Shown: positions 1 to 12,783 of the stretch, one piece after another
How positions within the stretch are numbered: position 1 is the stretch's first letter
Layout of the letters: the number at the start of each line of letters is the position of its first letter
Position numbers and translations under genes: made by a program
Assembly: GCA_951406725.2 (NCBI GenBank)
Contig: OX597816.1
Location: forward strand, 177,940,001 to 178,004,000
Reading direction: 5' to 3'
DNA: 64,000 nt
Source of the DNA: Octopus vulgaris
Taxonomy: Eukaryota
Notes under the pieces: generated by a model
Told to the model about the DNA's origin: nothing
What the model saw: only the letters and a program-made list of their open reading frames with translations
Databases searched by the model: none

Positions 1-1980
1 CCTTAATTGGAGTATTAAAGGTAGTGCCCACTCCTATGATTTTTTGGGAAATTATGTTGATATTATCCAAATAATTTGTATTATAGTGCAATCTGATATG
101 ACCAGGAATTTATATAGACTGGATATACCATTTTATGATAAACTACTAGAAAAAGAAATAATGAAAAAATGTAAAATAGTTAATAAAAATTATTTGGATA
201 ATATCAACATAATTTACAAAAATTATTCAGCCGAGGTTACCTCTTATCTGAACTAGAAATTGAATTCACGAATATAGATGGTGCTCTTTATAGGGACGAC
301 CTACTATTTATAACTAGGAAATGTACTAATAGGTCATTAGAATGCCTTAAGAAAATGTACAAGTTTTTTAAGAATACTGGCCCAGGTACATCAATAGAGA
401 ATGAGCATTATGCAGTAAATTATCTAGACGTCAACCTTAATCTAGTCACTAATAAGATCCGTCCTTTTCATAATTGAATGAAAACCTAAAGTACATTAGT
501 TCTTCAAGTAACCATCCTAAATCAGTTAAAGAAGCCTTAATAAATAATATAGGTAAAAGAATATCCATGTTATCCTCAGATTATGACACTTTTAATAAAC
601 ATGCCCCCATATTATAATAAAGCATTAAAAGAAGCAGGATACAACTCTCATATAAAATTCTTTAATTATTATGAACACATTAATAATAATATAACAAGTA
701 TTCCTAATAAAACTAATAATAAATCTAAATGTAAAAATATGAATAATAATAATAATAATAAAGACAATATAACAAACTAAATAAAGATAAAAATAATATA
801 GTTGTTAATAATGATTATTATAATAATAGTAATAATGAGAATGAGTATATGAGCAATAGTAAGAAACATAATAAAGTATACATATAGAGATATAATATAC
901 CTAAGAACAGCTATTTAATACCGATGAGGTCTACTAATAACGATAATATAAAACATAAAAAGATATTACATGGTTAATTATTCTGTATGGGGATCAAGTT
1001 ATGACTAATATTATTAAGGAGACAGTTAAAATAGTAAAAATGGTTTGTAAAAAGGACAATAGTTATTCAAATATATTTTCCAATAAAACCATAAGAGTGA
1101 GTGGGACACTCAACATCGAGAAATGTAGTCAATATCATTTCCTCTATAAATAATAAGACATTAAATAATGATTATAATAGCAAAATAAATAATATCTCTA
1201 GCCATAATATAACCGATAATGATACAAGACTTAATCAACATATAGAAAAATGTTCATGTCGTGATAAGACTAAATGCAAGGTCTCTAATAACTGTAATAT
1301 AGATAATGTAATTTATAAATGTATAGTTAGTTCTAAGAACAATAATAATAAAATTATAAGTAAGGCTTATATTGGATCAACAGCTAATGAAATTTTAAAA
1401 AGAATTTACCAACACTACCAGACCATTAAAAATCCCAGTTTAAGTAAGTCTACAGGCTTAAGTAAATATATATGGGAATTAAAATCTAGAAAAAGAGAGT
1501 ACACCCTTAATTGGAGTATTATAGGTAGAGCTCACTCCTATAATATTGGGAATAAAATGTGTTTATTATGCATAATTGAATTTATGAAACTACCACAGTC
1601 TGGAGATAAATTACTAAACACACGTGATGATCGAGGAGTAAAATGTAGGCACCGAGGTAATTTTACATTTAGTAAAATGAAGTATTGAACCTCAAACCTC
1701 TAAACCAAATAACTACATAATTTTATTTCTAAAGCACTTGAATAGACTATATAAGTAAATAAAGATTAAATACATGAATAATGCAATAATTTAAATAAAA
1801 TAATTATATGAATTAAATATTACTAAAATTATATGACAAATTAGATATACCTCCCAATATAGGTAAATTTGAAAATAATAATAGAGGGTAATTTAAAATG
1901 AAAACTATGTATAGTGTAAATACCCCACTTGGTACTAATCACCGATAAATACCCATAATTCCTTGCTATCTTCCGCCACA
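1..1980 (+). mobile_element. Degenerate Penelope-like retroelement (RT C-terminal part plus GIY-YIG endonuclease)
   Basis: Frameshifted RT motifs read by hand: IDGALYRDDLLF (~274-310), NYLDVNLNL (~418), YISSSSNHPK (~493), KRISMLSS, PYYNKALKEAGY. These are followed by an Asn-rich linker and a GIY-YIG domain. Boundaries approximate. Confidence 0.85.
1101..1688 (+). pseudogene. GIY-YIG endonuclease domain of the Penelope-like element
   Basis: CSCRDKTKC..C..NVIYKC..YIGST..KRIYQH..STGLSKYIWELK..WSII..CLLCIIE..LLN..CRH, the typical PLE Cys-rich plus GIY-YIG arrangement. Confidence 0.85.
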
Positions 1981-2017
1981 AATCATATATATAAATATAC
2001 ACATATATATATGTATA

Positions 2018-2428
2018 CTCTTTTACTCTTTTACTCTTTTACTTGTTTCAGTCATTTGACTGCGGCCATGCTGGAGCACCGCCTTTAGTCGAGCAAATCG
2101 ACCCCGAGACTTATTTTTTGTAAGCCCAGTACTTATTATATCGGTCTCTTTGCCGAACCGCTAAGTGACGGGGACGTAAACACACACCAGCATCGGTTGT
2201 CAAGCAATGCTAGGGACAAACACAGACACACAAACACACACACACATACATTTATATATATATATATACGACAGGCTTCTTTCAGTTTCCGTCTACCAAA
2301 TCCACTCACAAGGCATTGGTCAGCCCGGGGCTATAGCAGAAGACACTTGCCCAAGATGCCACGCAGTGGATTGAACCCAGAACCATGTGGTTGGTTAAAG
2401 CTACTACCACACAGCCACTCCTGCGCCT
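2018..2428 (-). mobile_element. tRNA-derived SINE, family A (full length)
   Basis: Minus strand reads AGGCGCAGGAGTGGCTGTGTGGTA (A-box-like), GGTTCAATCC (B box), CTTGGGCAAGTGTCTT, an internal TA/TG microsatellite, and the tail GCTCCAGCATGGCCGCAGTCAAATGACTGAAAC(AAGTAAAAGAG)n. Near-identical copies at 31463 and 42142. Confidence 0.9.
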
Positions 2429-2451
2429 ATATATATATATGTATATATATA

Positions 2452-2549
<98 letters not shown>

Positions 2550-2575
2550 TATAAATATATAAATATGTACATATA

Positions 2576-2639
<64 letters not shown>
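2429..2639. repeat. (TA)n microsatellite
   Basis: Direct reading. Confidence 0.95.
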
Positions 2640-2642
<3 letters not shown>

Positions 2643-4181
2643 TTGCGGCCAAAATGTTCAGAACGACATTGTTTTCGTCAGAAACGTAGGTGTAAGTTTT
2701 TATCAAAGTTGTTTTATATTCTATAATTTTCACAGACAATAAATACGATATTATTTGTTATTGTCTGAGATTTTGGTGTAATTTGAGAGGACAATACAAA
2801 AGTTATGGATGATTTAGTGATTTACTGCAAAACACATGGCGGCCAAAAGGATCAGAACGGTTACTTTTACTCCGTGTTTTAGTATATTTAACCGGCGAAC
2901 TCTAATGTTTTGAATTTGTTACATGACGGTTCGTTTACTAAACATTAGTAAGAATATCTGCAGTGTACTTTGCTAATATAATGCCACTTACTCCGTTACC
3001 AATTCGTCAGCAGATTATTAAGCTTCGAAAGAAGGATAATTTAAGTATTGGGTCTTTTGCAAAGATTGGTAACAAGTCAAAAAGTGTTGTTAACGGTATT
3101 CTTATATTGTGGTTCGTGTGAAGCTAGAAAGTCTACATGTAGGCCAAGAAAAACGACCAAGAGAGAAGATCGTGCTATGATAAAGTTGGTTAAAAAGGGA
3201 AATGAGCATTGTACTGAAGAAAACTTTATCTCGAAAAACTGTGTCTCGTCGTTTAGTTGAACATGACCTACAAGTAAGAGCACCTGCAGTGAAGCCACTG
3301 ATCAGCTCCAAGAATAAAAAGTGTTGTCTTACCTTTGCAACCGAACATGTGTTGTGGTCTCAAGAAAAATGGCAAACGTTGCATTTCAGTGATGAATCTA
3401 AGTTTATGTTATTTTTCGTCGAAAAATAAGGTGAAAAATTGTCGCCTAAATGCCTTAAGACTAGTGTTAAATTCGGTGGAAGAAGTGTCATGGTTTGGCG
3501 GATGATATCTGGAAATTGTGTGGGCCTTTTGGTGCGATTACATGGAAAGGTAAATGCAGGAGTTTATAAACAACTTGTAAAAGATCATGTCTTGCTTGTG
3601 CTGAGAAATTTAACCAAGCGACCACCCATATTCATGCAGGACAATGCCCCATGTCACAAGGCTAAGGTGGTCATGAACTTCCTCAAGGCTGAAAAGGTTA
3701 TTGTTATGGATTGGCCTGCTCAAAGCCCAGATCTCAATCCTATTGAAAATATGTGGAATATTCTAGGAGAAAGCCAGAAATCCTAAAACAACCGAGCAAT
3801 TATGGGATGCCCTTCAGGAAGAATGGAATAAGATCACCCAGCAAGAAACGAAAAAATTTAATTTCCTCATGCAGTCGAAGATGTCAAAGTGTGATTGAAG
3901 CTAAAGGGCTTCACACTAAATATTAAATAATTCCAGTATTCTCTGTCATTTTTGATTATTTTGTTATTTTTTCAACCGTTCTGATCATTTTGGCCGCCAT
4001 GGGTTATGCAGTAAATCACTAAATCATTCATAACTTTTGTATTATCCTCTTAAATTACACCAAAATCTCAGACAATAACAATTAATATTGTATTTATTGT
4101 CTATGAAAACAACTTTGATAAAAACTTATCCCTACTTTTCTGACGAAAACAATGCCGTTCTGAATATTTTGGCCGCAACTG
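2640..4181 (+). mobile_element. Tc1-family (DD34E) DNA transposon, defective, with IR/DR-type ends
   Basis: ~220-bp imperfect TIRs starting CAGTTGCGGCCAAAA and ending TTTTGGCCGCAACTG, flanked by TA. Inner repeats at ~2838-2860 and ~3976-3998. Transposase fragments FSDESKF, QDNAPCH and SPDLNPIE, with 34 residues between D and E. Contains frameshifts and stops. Confidence 0.95.
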
Positions 4182-4185
4182 TATA

Positions 4186-4257
<72 letters not shown>

Positions 4258-4849
4258 TAGTTATATAAATAAAAGTATGATATATACTTCCGGTTTCGTT
4301 GAAGAAAGACGTGTTTTTTCGTTCTCCTGAAACAACCAAATGGGTTGCGTAAATCGACAAAATAATCTACTAGAACTGACAAAAACGTACAACTTCAAAA
4401 CAGTCTACTAAAATATATTAATTAAAAACCGTAATATATTTCGCTACAAGCTGAATAGAGTTTTCGTCGAAAAGCACGTGGTTGCAAGTCGTACTTTTAT
4501 TTCCAGCCGAATGTAAGAAGCAAAAATAATTGTTTTCCTTCTTTTGAAAGAAAACTTCTTCGTACAAGAAGAAAGATTTGTAATTTCACCTCTCGCGAAT
4601 AAGTATCCTTTTCATTCGTTTATTTTCCTTTAGCTGAAGGTAACATCTGAGTTGCGACTTCATCTTTGTCTACTTCCTGAGAAGAACTATCGCTATAATT
4701 TTCCTTCAACTTCTATTACAGCGTCCACTTCGCTTTCAAGCTATTAGAAAACTAGAAATCACGAAACCCCTTTCTTTACACTATCGTTCCCTTTTTTCAC
4801 TTTATCTCTTTAAAATTATTTAGAATTAATCGTATTTAGAATTATATAT

Positions 4850-5460
4850 TGTTTTTCGTTTCCCTACACATTTTGGTACCTACTCCCACTGTCTTCATAT
4901 CTACCTCTTCCTCTCTCCTCCCTTACATATATTCCTCCCTTTCCTGCTCCTCGCTCCCCCCTTATCTCTCTTTACGCCTATTCTTTCCCTCTCTCTTGCA
5001 TATCTTACTCTTTTTCTCATCTCTCTCCCTACCTTTCATATCCTCCTCTTTTCTCACTTCCCTTTCCTTTCCTTTGCATCTCACGTCTACCTCTCCTCTC
5101 CCTCATATATTTCTCATTTGCCCATTTTTCTCACTCCGTTTCGTCCTCTCTCACACATCCTTCATCCTTTCCAGTCTCTCCCTCACTCTGTCTCTCTTGC
5201 TCTTCCCATCCTTCCCCTCCCTCTATCTCTCTTTCTCTTCCTATCCTCTCCTTCACTCCGTCTCTCTTTCTATTCCCCTCCTCTCCCTCGCTCTGTCTCT
5301 CTTTCTCTTCCCTTCCTCTACCTTCCTCTGTCTCTTTAACATGCCACACCCCCTTGCTTTCCTCATATCACCCTCTCTATTTCTTTCATAGCACCTCTCT
5401 CCCTTTCCTTCATATCTACCTCCCCTATCTCTCATTACCTCTCTAGCCTCTACTCCCCCT
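4850..5460 (+). repeat. CT-rich low-complexity tract, probably the 5' UTR of the downstream LINE
   Basis: Polypyrimidine tract ending just before the LINE ORF1 ATG at 5479. Confidence 0.6.
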
Positions 5461-5478
5461 CTGGACTTAAAAACGAAG

Positions 5479-8400
5479 ATGGCACCAAAGTGGGAAAAGA
5501 AAGAATTAAATCTTCTGCTGCGAGCATGGGTGATTGCTAGTGGCGATCCGCCAAACAACATCATCACTGCTGCACTAAAGAACAATGGCTTTCACAGAAC
5601 CATTGACCAGATAGAGCGGAAGAAGAGTGAATTATCCGGTCTTATATGCTTATAAGACCACACATTAACACCTTGGATAACATAATCGAAAACTATTGTG
5701 GCAAGGCTAATAAGGATGGAGAAGACGAAAAAGAAAAGGAAAAAACCCGGAAGTCTTTGTAATCCAGAGGTTCCTCAAGAGAATGGATCACCCGCCCCGG
5801 TGAACGACCAGGCAGAAAAGGATAGGGGAGTAAAGGAAGCAGTAACTGGAAGTCCGCCCTGTGCCAGTGGTCCTACAAAGGAACGGAGCCCTCACCCCAT
5901 TAAAAAAAAACAGAAGAAAAAGTTCCCATCACAAGAAAAGGAAGGACGGAAAACAAAAGTAAAGAAGGAAAGGAAGAAAATGGAAAATGCAAAACAACCA
6001 AAACCGAAATCCCAACCCACCAAACAACCAATAGAAATACCCGTGGAGGATTTAATGCCACCCAAAACCCTACAGGAAAGAAGAAATCTGGAAGGCGCCC
6101 AAGAACCTGCAAATTTTACCTGCAAGACAAATGGGGAGGACGGCAAAAACTGCCCGTTTGCTCACCCGACACCCCGCCAGAACTACAGGGGCCTTAAAGA
6201 GAAAACATTCACTGAGGAAAGACATATGTCTCCAAGAAAAACATTGAGAAAAGAAGTGTGCTCCTCAGATGTTCTGCGCAACGCAGCAGCTGAGAAAGAG
6301 TCTTTTTTATGTATAGCGCAAAGGATTGTACAACAGCTAACCTGGCTACACAAAGCACAAAGAAGGAACCTTGCCTACCACTATGCAAGACCACCACAGT
6401 CAACAGTCAACAGACACGAGATGGCCTCCCCTAACGCCTGCACAGTCGTCATCCCAATACTTTTACTAAATATTGGGGGCCTGTCACATCAAAATAAAAA
6501 CAAACTTTCTTTCCTGAGAGATTTTTACTGATTGCAATCAAGCCCTATGCATAGCACTTGTGGAAACTCACCTCAACCCTGAAACGATGCCATACTGCGA
6601 ACAGACAGAAGAGAAAGGAGCCATGGAGGAGTTGTTGTATACATCCGAGATGACCTCACACCCCAGGTCTCAATGACATACTCAAATTCGGTATGTGACA
6701 CTTTAATTGTATACATAAGACAACATAATATAGTCATATGCAATACATATTGCCCATCGGATGCTCCAAACCACATAGGCAAGTTTGAAGGTTACCTCAC
6801 AAGAATTAAAGAAATCCTCATAAATCTGGAACACCACGTGACCATATTTCTTATAGGTGATTTCAACTTCCCCAACGTCATTGCAAGCAAGCACAGGTGG
6901 AGTCCCTGCTCAACCTCACCAATGCCTTATTCATGGAGCAAGTTGTACTCAAATCAACTAGGGCGATTAACATTCTGGATCTCTGCTTCACGAACAATAT
7001 GGACATCATTCATGATGTGAAAGTGACACCGACATTAGTCTCGGATCACAACATAATAGAGCTGTCTATGTTTGGGCCGAAAGTAACCAGAGACATACAG
7101 CCTAAAGGAAGCACCCGAAATCTCTCCAATCTGAACTTCCACAAAGCAGATTGGAAATCAATCCAAAAAGAGATCCTCAGAGAGTACTGGCCGAAATGTC
7201 TCTCCACACCAGACATTGACATGAAACTAGTATGTTTCATGTCTTCTGTCCAAGCCATATGCCAGAAATATGTCCCAGAGCACAAGGCCAAAACAAACAG
7301 GAGCAAGATTCCAAGGGAGAGGAAGATCCTCATGAGACGACGGACGAAGGATGCAAATCGACTCAACCAACATCCCAAAAGTAGCGAAACGTCCCGCCTA
7401 AAAACAACACTGGTGGAGATCGAAAAAAGGCTGCAACAATCCTATGTGAGGGAGAAAGCAAACAAAGTAGCCTGGGTTATAAAAAACATTAAGTCAAACC
7501 CAAAGGCCTTCTTTCATTATGCGAAAGAAACAGCCTCAGTGCACTGCAAGATAGGACCCCTCCTCCAAAAGAATGGCTCCCTCACAGACAGTCCAACTAA
7601 GATCAGTGAGATACTGAAAGACCAGTTCAAAAGTGTCTTTACTACCCCGTTGGAACACAGACAAGTGAACGAACCAGTGGACTTCTTTGGCGCCTCACCT
7701 ATAACCAGTGAGGCAGCTACAATGGGATACATTGACATTAGCGAAGAAGATATCCTACTAGCCATAGATGAAGTGAACACAAACTCAACTGCTGGTCCTG
7801 ATGGTTTCCCAGCAATCCTCCTCAAATCGCGTAAGCATGCCCTGGTAAAACCCCTCCAGATTCTGTTCCAGAGCTTTCTTACAAATGGCAAACCGCCAAG
7901 CAAGCTGAAGGAGGGAATAATATGCCCAATACATAAAGGGGGAAGTAGAGCAGATGCCAAAAACTATAGGCCTATCTCTCTGACTTCACGCATCAGCAAA
8001 GTCATGGAACGGATAGTCAAAGGGAAACTTGAAGAAAATAACTTGCTGAGTGATACCCAGCATGGTTTTCGACCAGGTAAGGAGCTGCCTGACCCAGCTC
8101 TTACAACATTATGACTGGGTGTTGAGGCAGTTACTCAACAAATCAAATGTGGACGTAATATACCTTGATTTTGAAAAAGCTTTTGACAAGGTGGATCATG
8201 GTATAATATGCCACAAATTGCGTGACCTTCGCATAGCTGGAAAACTTGGAGAGTGGTTACATGACTTCCTGAAAGATAGGAGTCAGGCAGTAGTGGCTAA
8301 TGGAGCCACTTCTATGAACACACAAATAGTGAGGGGTGTTCCACAGGGCGCTGTCTTGAGACCACTTCTTTTTATAGTGGCCCTCTCAGATATGCCCTCA

Positions 8401-9402
8401 AATGCCCGGATAGCCACCCTTGCAAGCTATACAGATAATACTAAAGTCTCGCAGAAAATACAGAACCCCGGCGATGTTGCACACCTGCAGCAGGAGTTGG
8501 ACTCAATTTACAGATGGGCTGAGGATAAGAATATGTAGTTTAATGCTGAAAAATTCCAGGCCCTGCGCTACCAGCATCCAAAACTGAATATTAAACTTAC
8601 AGGATACACCGGTCCACAGGGAATTTCAATCCCAGAGCCTAAGACTGTGAGGGACCTGGGTATCGACATGAGTGATGATACCTCTTTCCAAGTGCACATT
8701 ACCAGGATGGCGACAAAGTGCAGACGACTGGCAGGATGGATCCTAAGAACATTCAGAACCAGAGATAAGGAAACCATGATGGTCCTCTGACGGACATTCG
8801 TCCTCAGCCGCTTGGATTACTGCTCACAGCTGTGGTCACCCACCAGTGTGAAATTAATAGCGGACCTTGAAGCAATGCAGAGAAGATTCACAAAGAAGAT
8901 CGTCTCTTTGCAACAGCTCAGCTACTGAGAAAGGTTGAAACAGCTAAGTCTCTACACCCTGGACAGAAGACGGGAGAGGTATGCAGTAATATATATCTGG
9001 AAGATCCTGGAAGGAATTGTGCCAAATGTTGGCATTGAAAGGTACACTAATGCCAGAAAGGGACGACACTGAAAAGTGCCATAGATCCCAGCAATGCCAT
9101 TGTGCTCCAGGACCAGTCTCTGCAACAGCCTGGGTTTCAAGGGCCCGCAGCTTTTTAATATTCTCCCAAAGAGTCTGAGGAACTTGCACAAAGTAGATGT
9201 AGGAGTTTTCAAATCAAAACTGGACCTCTTTTTGTTGAGAGTTCCAGATAAATCTACCTCACTGCAAGAGGTGCAAATGAGGGTAGCTATATCAAACTCC
9301 ATGATTCACCAAGTGCCACATATTAGAGGAGGCTATTAGTGCCACATATGTAGCAAAACGGCGGTGCATCAGCATGGCCACAGCTCTGAGCTGAAACTAG
9401 AG
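5479..9402 (+). mobile_element. CR1-group non-LTR retrotransposon (ORF1 plus APE-EN/RT ORF2), near full length but frameshifted
   Basis: EN motifs LLNIGGL, ETHL, GGVVVYI, IGDFNFP, LDLCF, SDH. RT motifs AGPDG, YRPISLTS, QHGFR, DFEKAFDKVDH, GVPQG, degenerate YxDD (YTDN). C-terminal LDYCSQLWSP. 3' end CAGCATGGCCACAGCTCTGAGCTGAAAC. Confidence 0.9.
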
Positions 9403-9426
9403 AATATACATACATATATATATATA

Positions 9427-9569
9427 TACGACGGGCTTCTTTCAGTTTCCGTTTGCCAAATCCACTCACAAGGCTTTGGTCGGCCCGAGGCTATAGTAGA
9501 AGGCACTTGCCTAAGGTGCCACGCAGTGGCAATGAACCCGGAACAATATGGTTGGTAAGCAAGCTACTT
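9427..9569 (-). mobile_element. SINE family A, body portion left of the Tx1 array
   Basis: Matches family A from CGACGGGCTTCTTTCAG to GGTAAGCAAGCTACTT, then stops abruptly. Confidence 0.9.
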
Positions 9570-12105
9570 TATTTCATAAATATTTGCCATGAAGGCATTA
9601 CAAAGAGGGGACAAACAAGAAGAGACAAACAAAAGCTGTAGCGATTAAATATTTACAATTTAAAAATACAATAATTTAATGAAAATGTTTATAATTTTTG
9701 ACTTAAGCGTTGCTCATTACAAATGAAATTTGTAATGGCTTCTCTGAAGGATAGGCATCCGACCACCAGGGTAGACCCCTTGCTTTTTCTTTCCTGTTTT
9801 TGGCTTCCACTTACCTGGTGCCAAACACTTCCAGCTTCCTCGCCACAGGCTTCCATCTTCGCATGAATCTGTCTCTTGACAGGTACCTTTTCTACAGTTA
9901 ACCAACCCCTGGCCGGATACAAAGGTACCCGACACTATGCCTCTCACACGCGTCTTCCATACTGTTTCTTTCAGTATGGCTACTACGCAGAAAAGCAAGC
10001 CTTCGGACTTAACCTCCACTAACCGGCTATAGAAATCTGCGGTGGAACTCCTATTGCCGGCATTACCCGCCCGAGAGAGTAGCTGAAGTGCCTGGCAGCA
10101 CTCCAATTGCCAGTCCCCAAGCCTAGGTCTCTGCTTGATCCAATTACAAATGTCCGTTAAGGACGTGCGGCGACCACACCTGCTCTCCATCCAGGTAAAG
10201 CCAAGGGTGCCTCAACCTTAACGCGAATTTTTGCATCCTCAACCAAGACATCCCTAGCCCACCCTTTAGCGGTTTCTGGCAACAGACAGAGCGCTTTCCA
10301 ACAGGCTTTCCTCCTTTCCACAAAAAGCGGAAAAGGATTCTCTCCAACTTGTTCAGTCACAAATCGGGGCAAGGCACCACGGTCAGATGGTAGGTGATAA
10401 CCGATGCTATAAACATCTGCACCACCTCCGCCTTTCCTAGCAAAGATAACGCCCACCCGGACCAGGTCTGGGTTAGAGCAGTCACCCTGCCGGCCACCTC
10501 ACTCCAATTTTTCTCTATCTAGAAGTCCGGTCCTAGCCACACTCCGAGCAGCTTAACAGGAGCTTCCGTTCAACGCCCCACAGCGTTATTGTACGGCATT
10601 GGCTTGCCCCTCCAGGTGCCGAGCTGCAAACCAATTGACTTGTCCTTGTTAACCTTTGCTCCTGCCACCGCCTCGTAACTTTTGATAGCCTCTTCCACCA
10701 CTGGAAGCGGTCCTCATCCGCCACAATGATGGAGATGTCAACGCATACGCTGTAGCTCCTCTTCCATCCATAGATCATGCGGTGCGCCCCCTAGTGCCTC
10801 CAACTTCTGCAATAATGGCTCAACAGCCAGTACATACAAAACCGGGGACAGGGGACACCCGTGACGCACTGAGCGCTCGATCCTGAATGGCTTCGAAAGG
10901 AAACCATTCACTTTTACGACGGACTCGATGTCTCTATACAACGCAGCAATCCAACCGCGGAAGGTCGGGCCCAAGCCAGCCTTCTCGAGGACCGCCGCCA
11001 AGTACCGATGGTCGACCCTATCAAATGCCTTTGACTGGTCTAAATGTACCAGTACCCGCCATGTGCCAGAAAGCGTTCCCACCCTCTCTAAGGAGTAGCG
11101 TACAAGGTGGAGATTGTCGTGGATCGTCCTGCCCGGGATAGCGCACGTTTGCATTCCCCGACAAGTTTGTCCACGACCCGCGCCAACCTTTTCGCTAACA
11201 CCTTGGCCAAAATCTTTAACTCTGTGTTCAGCAGAGTTATGGGCCTGAAGTTACATATCTCGCCCACCTTGCTTGGGTCCTTCTTGATCAACGTCACCAC
11301 TTCCCGGCTCGCAGACTTAGGAATTCTCACATTCTGCTACCAATTGGCGTAGACGCTGGCCAGCAGGTGCCCGAACAAGTCTGGCATACTTTTGTAAAAT
11401 TCGTAAGGCAGACCATCGAGACCCAGTGACATCTCCCCGGGACATTCGCCCAGTACTTCGATCATCTCCTCGGCCGTGATTGACCCTTCGCAGCACTCAG
11501 CCTCTCATGCCGAGAGACGCGGGCCACCAGACAGGAAGTCCCTCAGGACCTCGCCATGATCCAGCGCCCCGCCACTCCCAAACAACTCCTGGTCGGATAC
11601 AAAGGTACCCGACACTATGCCTCTACTAAGTGCTTGTGAATCGTCTCACACATCTCGTCCCGTCCATCGACCCATTGTCATCCACGAGAGACCTAATTGT
11701 GGTATCATTGCCACGCTGGGTTTCTATCGTAAGGGCCCATCTGGCCCAATGCGCGCACTTTAGCCCAAACTCTGCACCCTCATGTTTGGCTTTGAGGTAA
11801 CGGTCCAAGGCCGTTTTCGCTGCCAAAATGTGAGATGCAGAGCCCAACATCAACGCCTCCTCTAGGTCCTTAACTAGTTGCTCTTCTGTTCTGGCCTTAT
11901 CTAGTCTTAGCTGACGGCTAAACCTAATAGACTCAAAACGAATGGCTCCCTTGAGGGCGAATCACTATCGGTTATTAATCACCGCACCGGTTAACGCCCT
12001 CTGTACTAATTCCTCAATCCGGCTACAGTATGCCTCGCAAGTCAAAATAGACTTATTCAGCTTCCAGTAGCCGGATCCTCTCTTAACTGTACTATCTATG
12101 TCCAG

Positions 12106-12783
12106 TCAACACTTAACCATTCTATGGTCAGTGTAAGCTACTTGGACATGCTGTGGACAGCTAAAACTAGACTTATCTCCAGTTCTTATCACTATCCTAT
12201 CTAAATAGGACTTGAACCTTCCGTCGCCACTCATCCAGGTCCACTCTGGGACGTTCGGATGGTCAAGTCTGTAACGATCAGCCAGCTGAAAACGCTTGAG
12301 CAGATTTATGAGACGTGAGTTTACTTTCCTATAGATCGAGCCAACGCTATCGATGCACGCATCAACAATAGCATTATAGTCTCCTAACACCACTAATGTC
12401 TTTGACGTCCCGAGAAAGTTCTCTAGGCGCCGATAAAAATCAGTTTGAAATCCTCTAGCACAAGGTGCGTAGATCCCGATCAACCTGAAGGCCTTACTGC
12501 TGTATGTCACATCAAGGACAACCAGCCCACCTTCTGGGTCTACATAGACTGTATTTGTCTGCAGAGCCAAGCCTTTTCGAACCAGTACTACTACACCCCC
12601 TAGCCCTCCAGTCGAGCTAGGCGACATGATTTCCTCATAGTCATTCAGGAGGGGCGAGAGGGCTTGTAGACTGTCCAGCTTGGTCTCTGTAGCAACCATC
12701 ACATGCATATCGTGAAAACAAGCTTGCTTCCACTTCAAGCTCAGACCACGCACATTCAAACACCCAAGGTTAAGTGCAGTCAT
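12106..12783 (-). pseudogene. APE-type endonuclease domain of Tx1 unit A ORF2
   Basis: 225-aa open frame with the APE motifs listed above. Its ATG lies 26 nt after the ORF1 stop at 12809. Confidence 0.88.

Noticed and set aside
4849-5585. Leu/Ser/Phe-rich and Glu/Arg-rich ORFs
   Set aside because: Translation of a CT-rich low-complexity tract.
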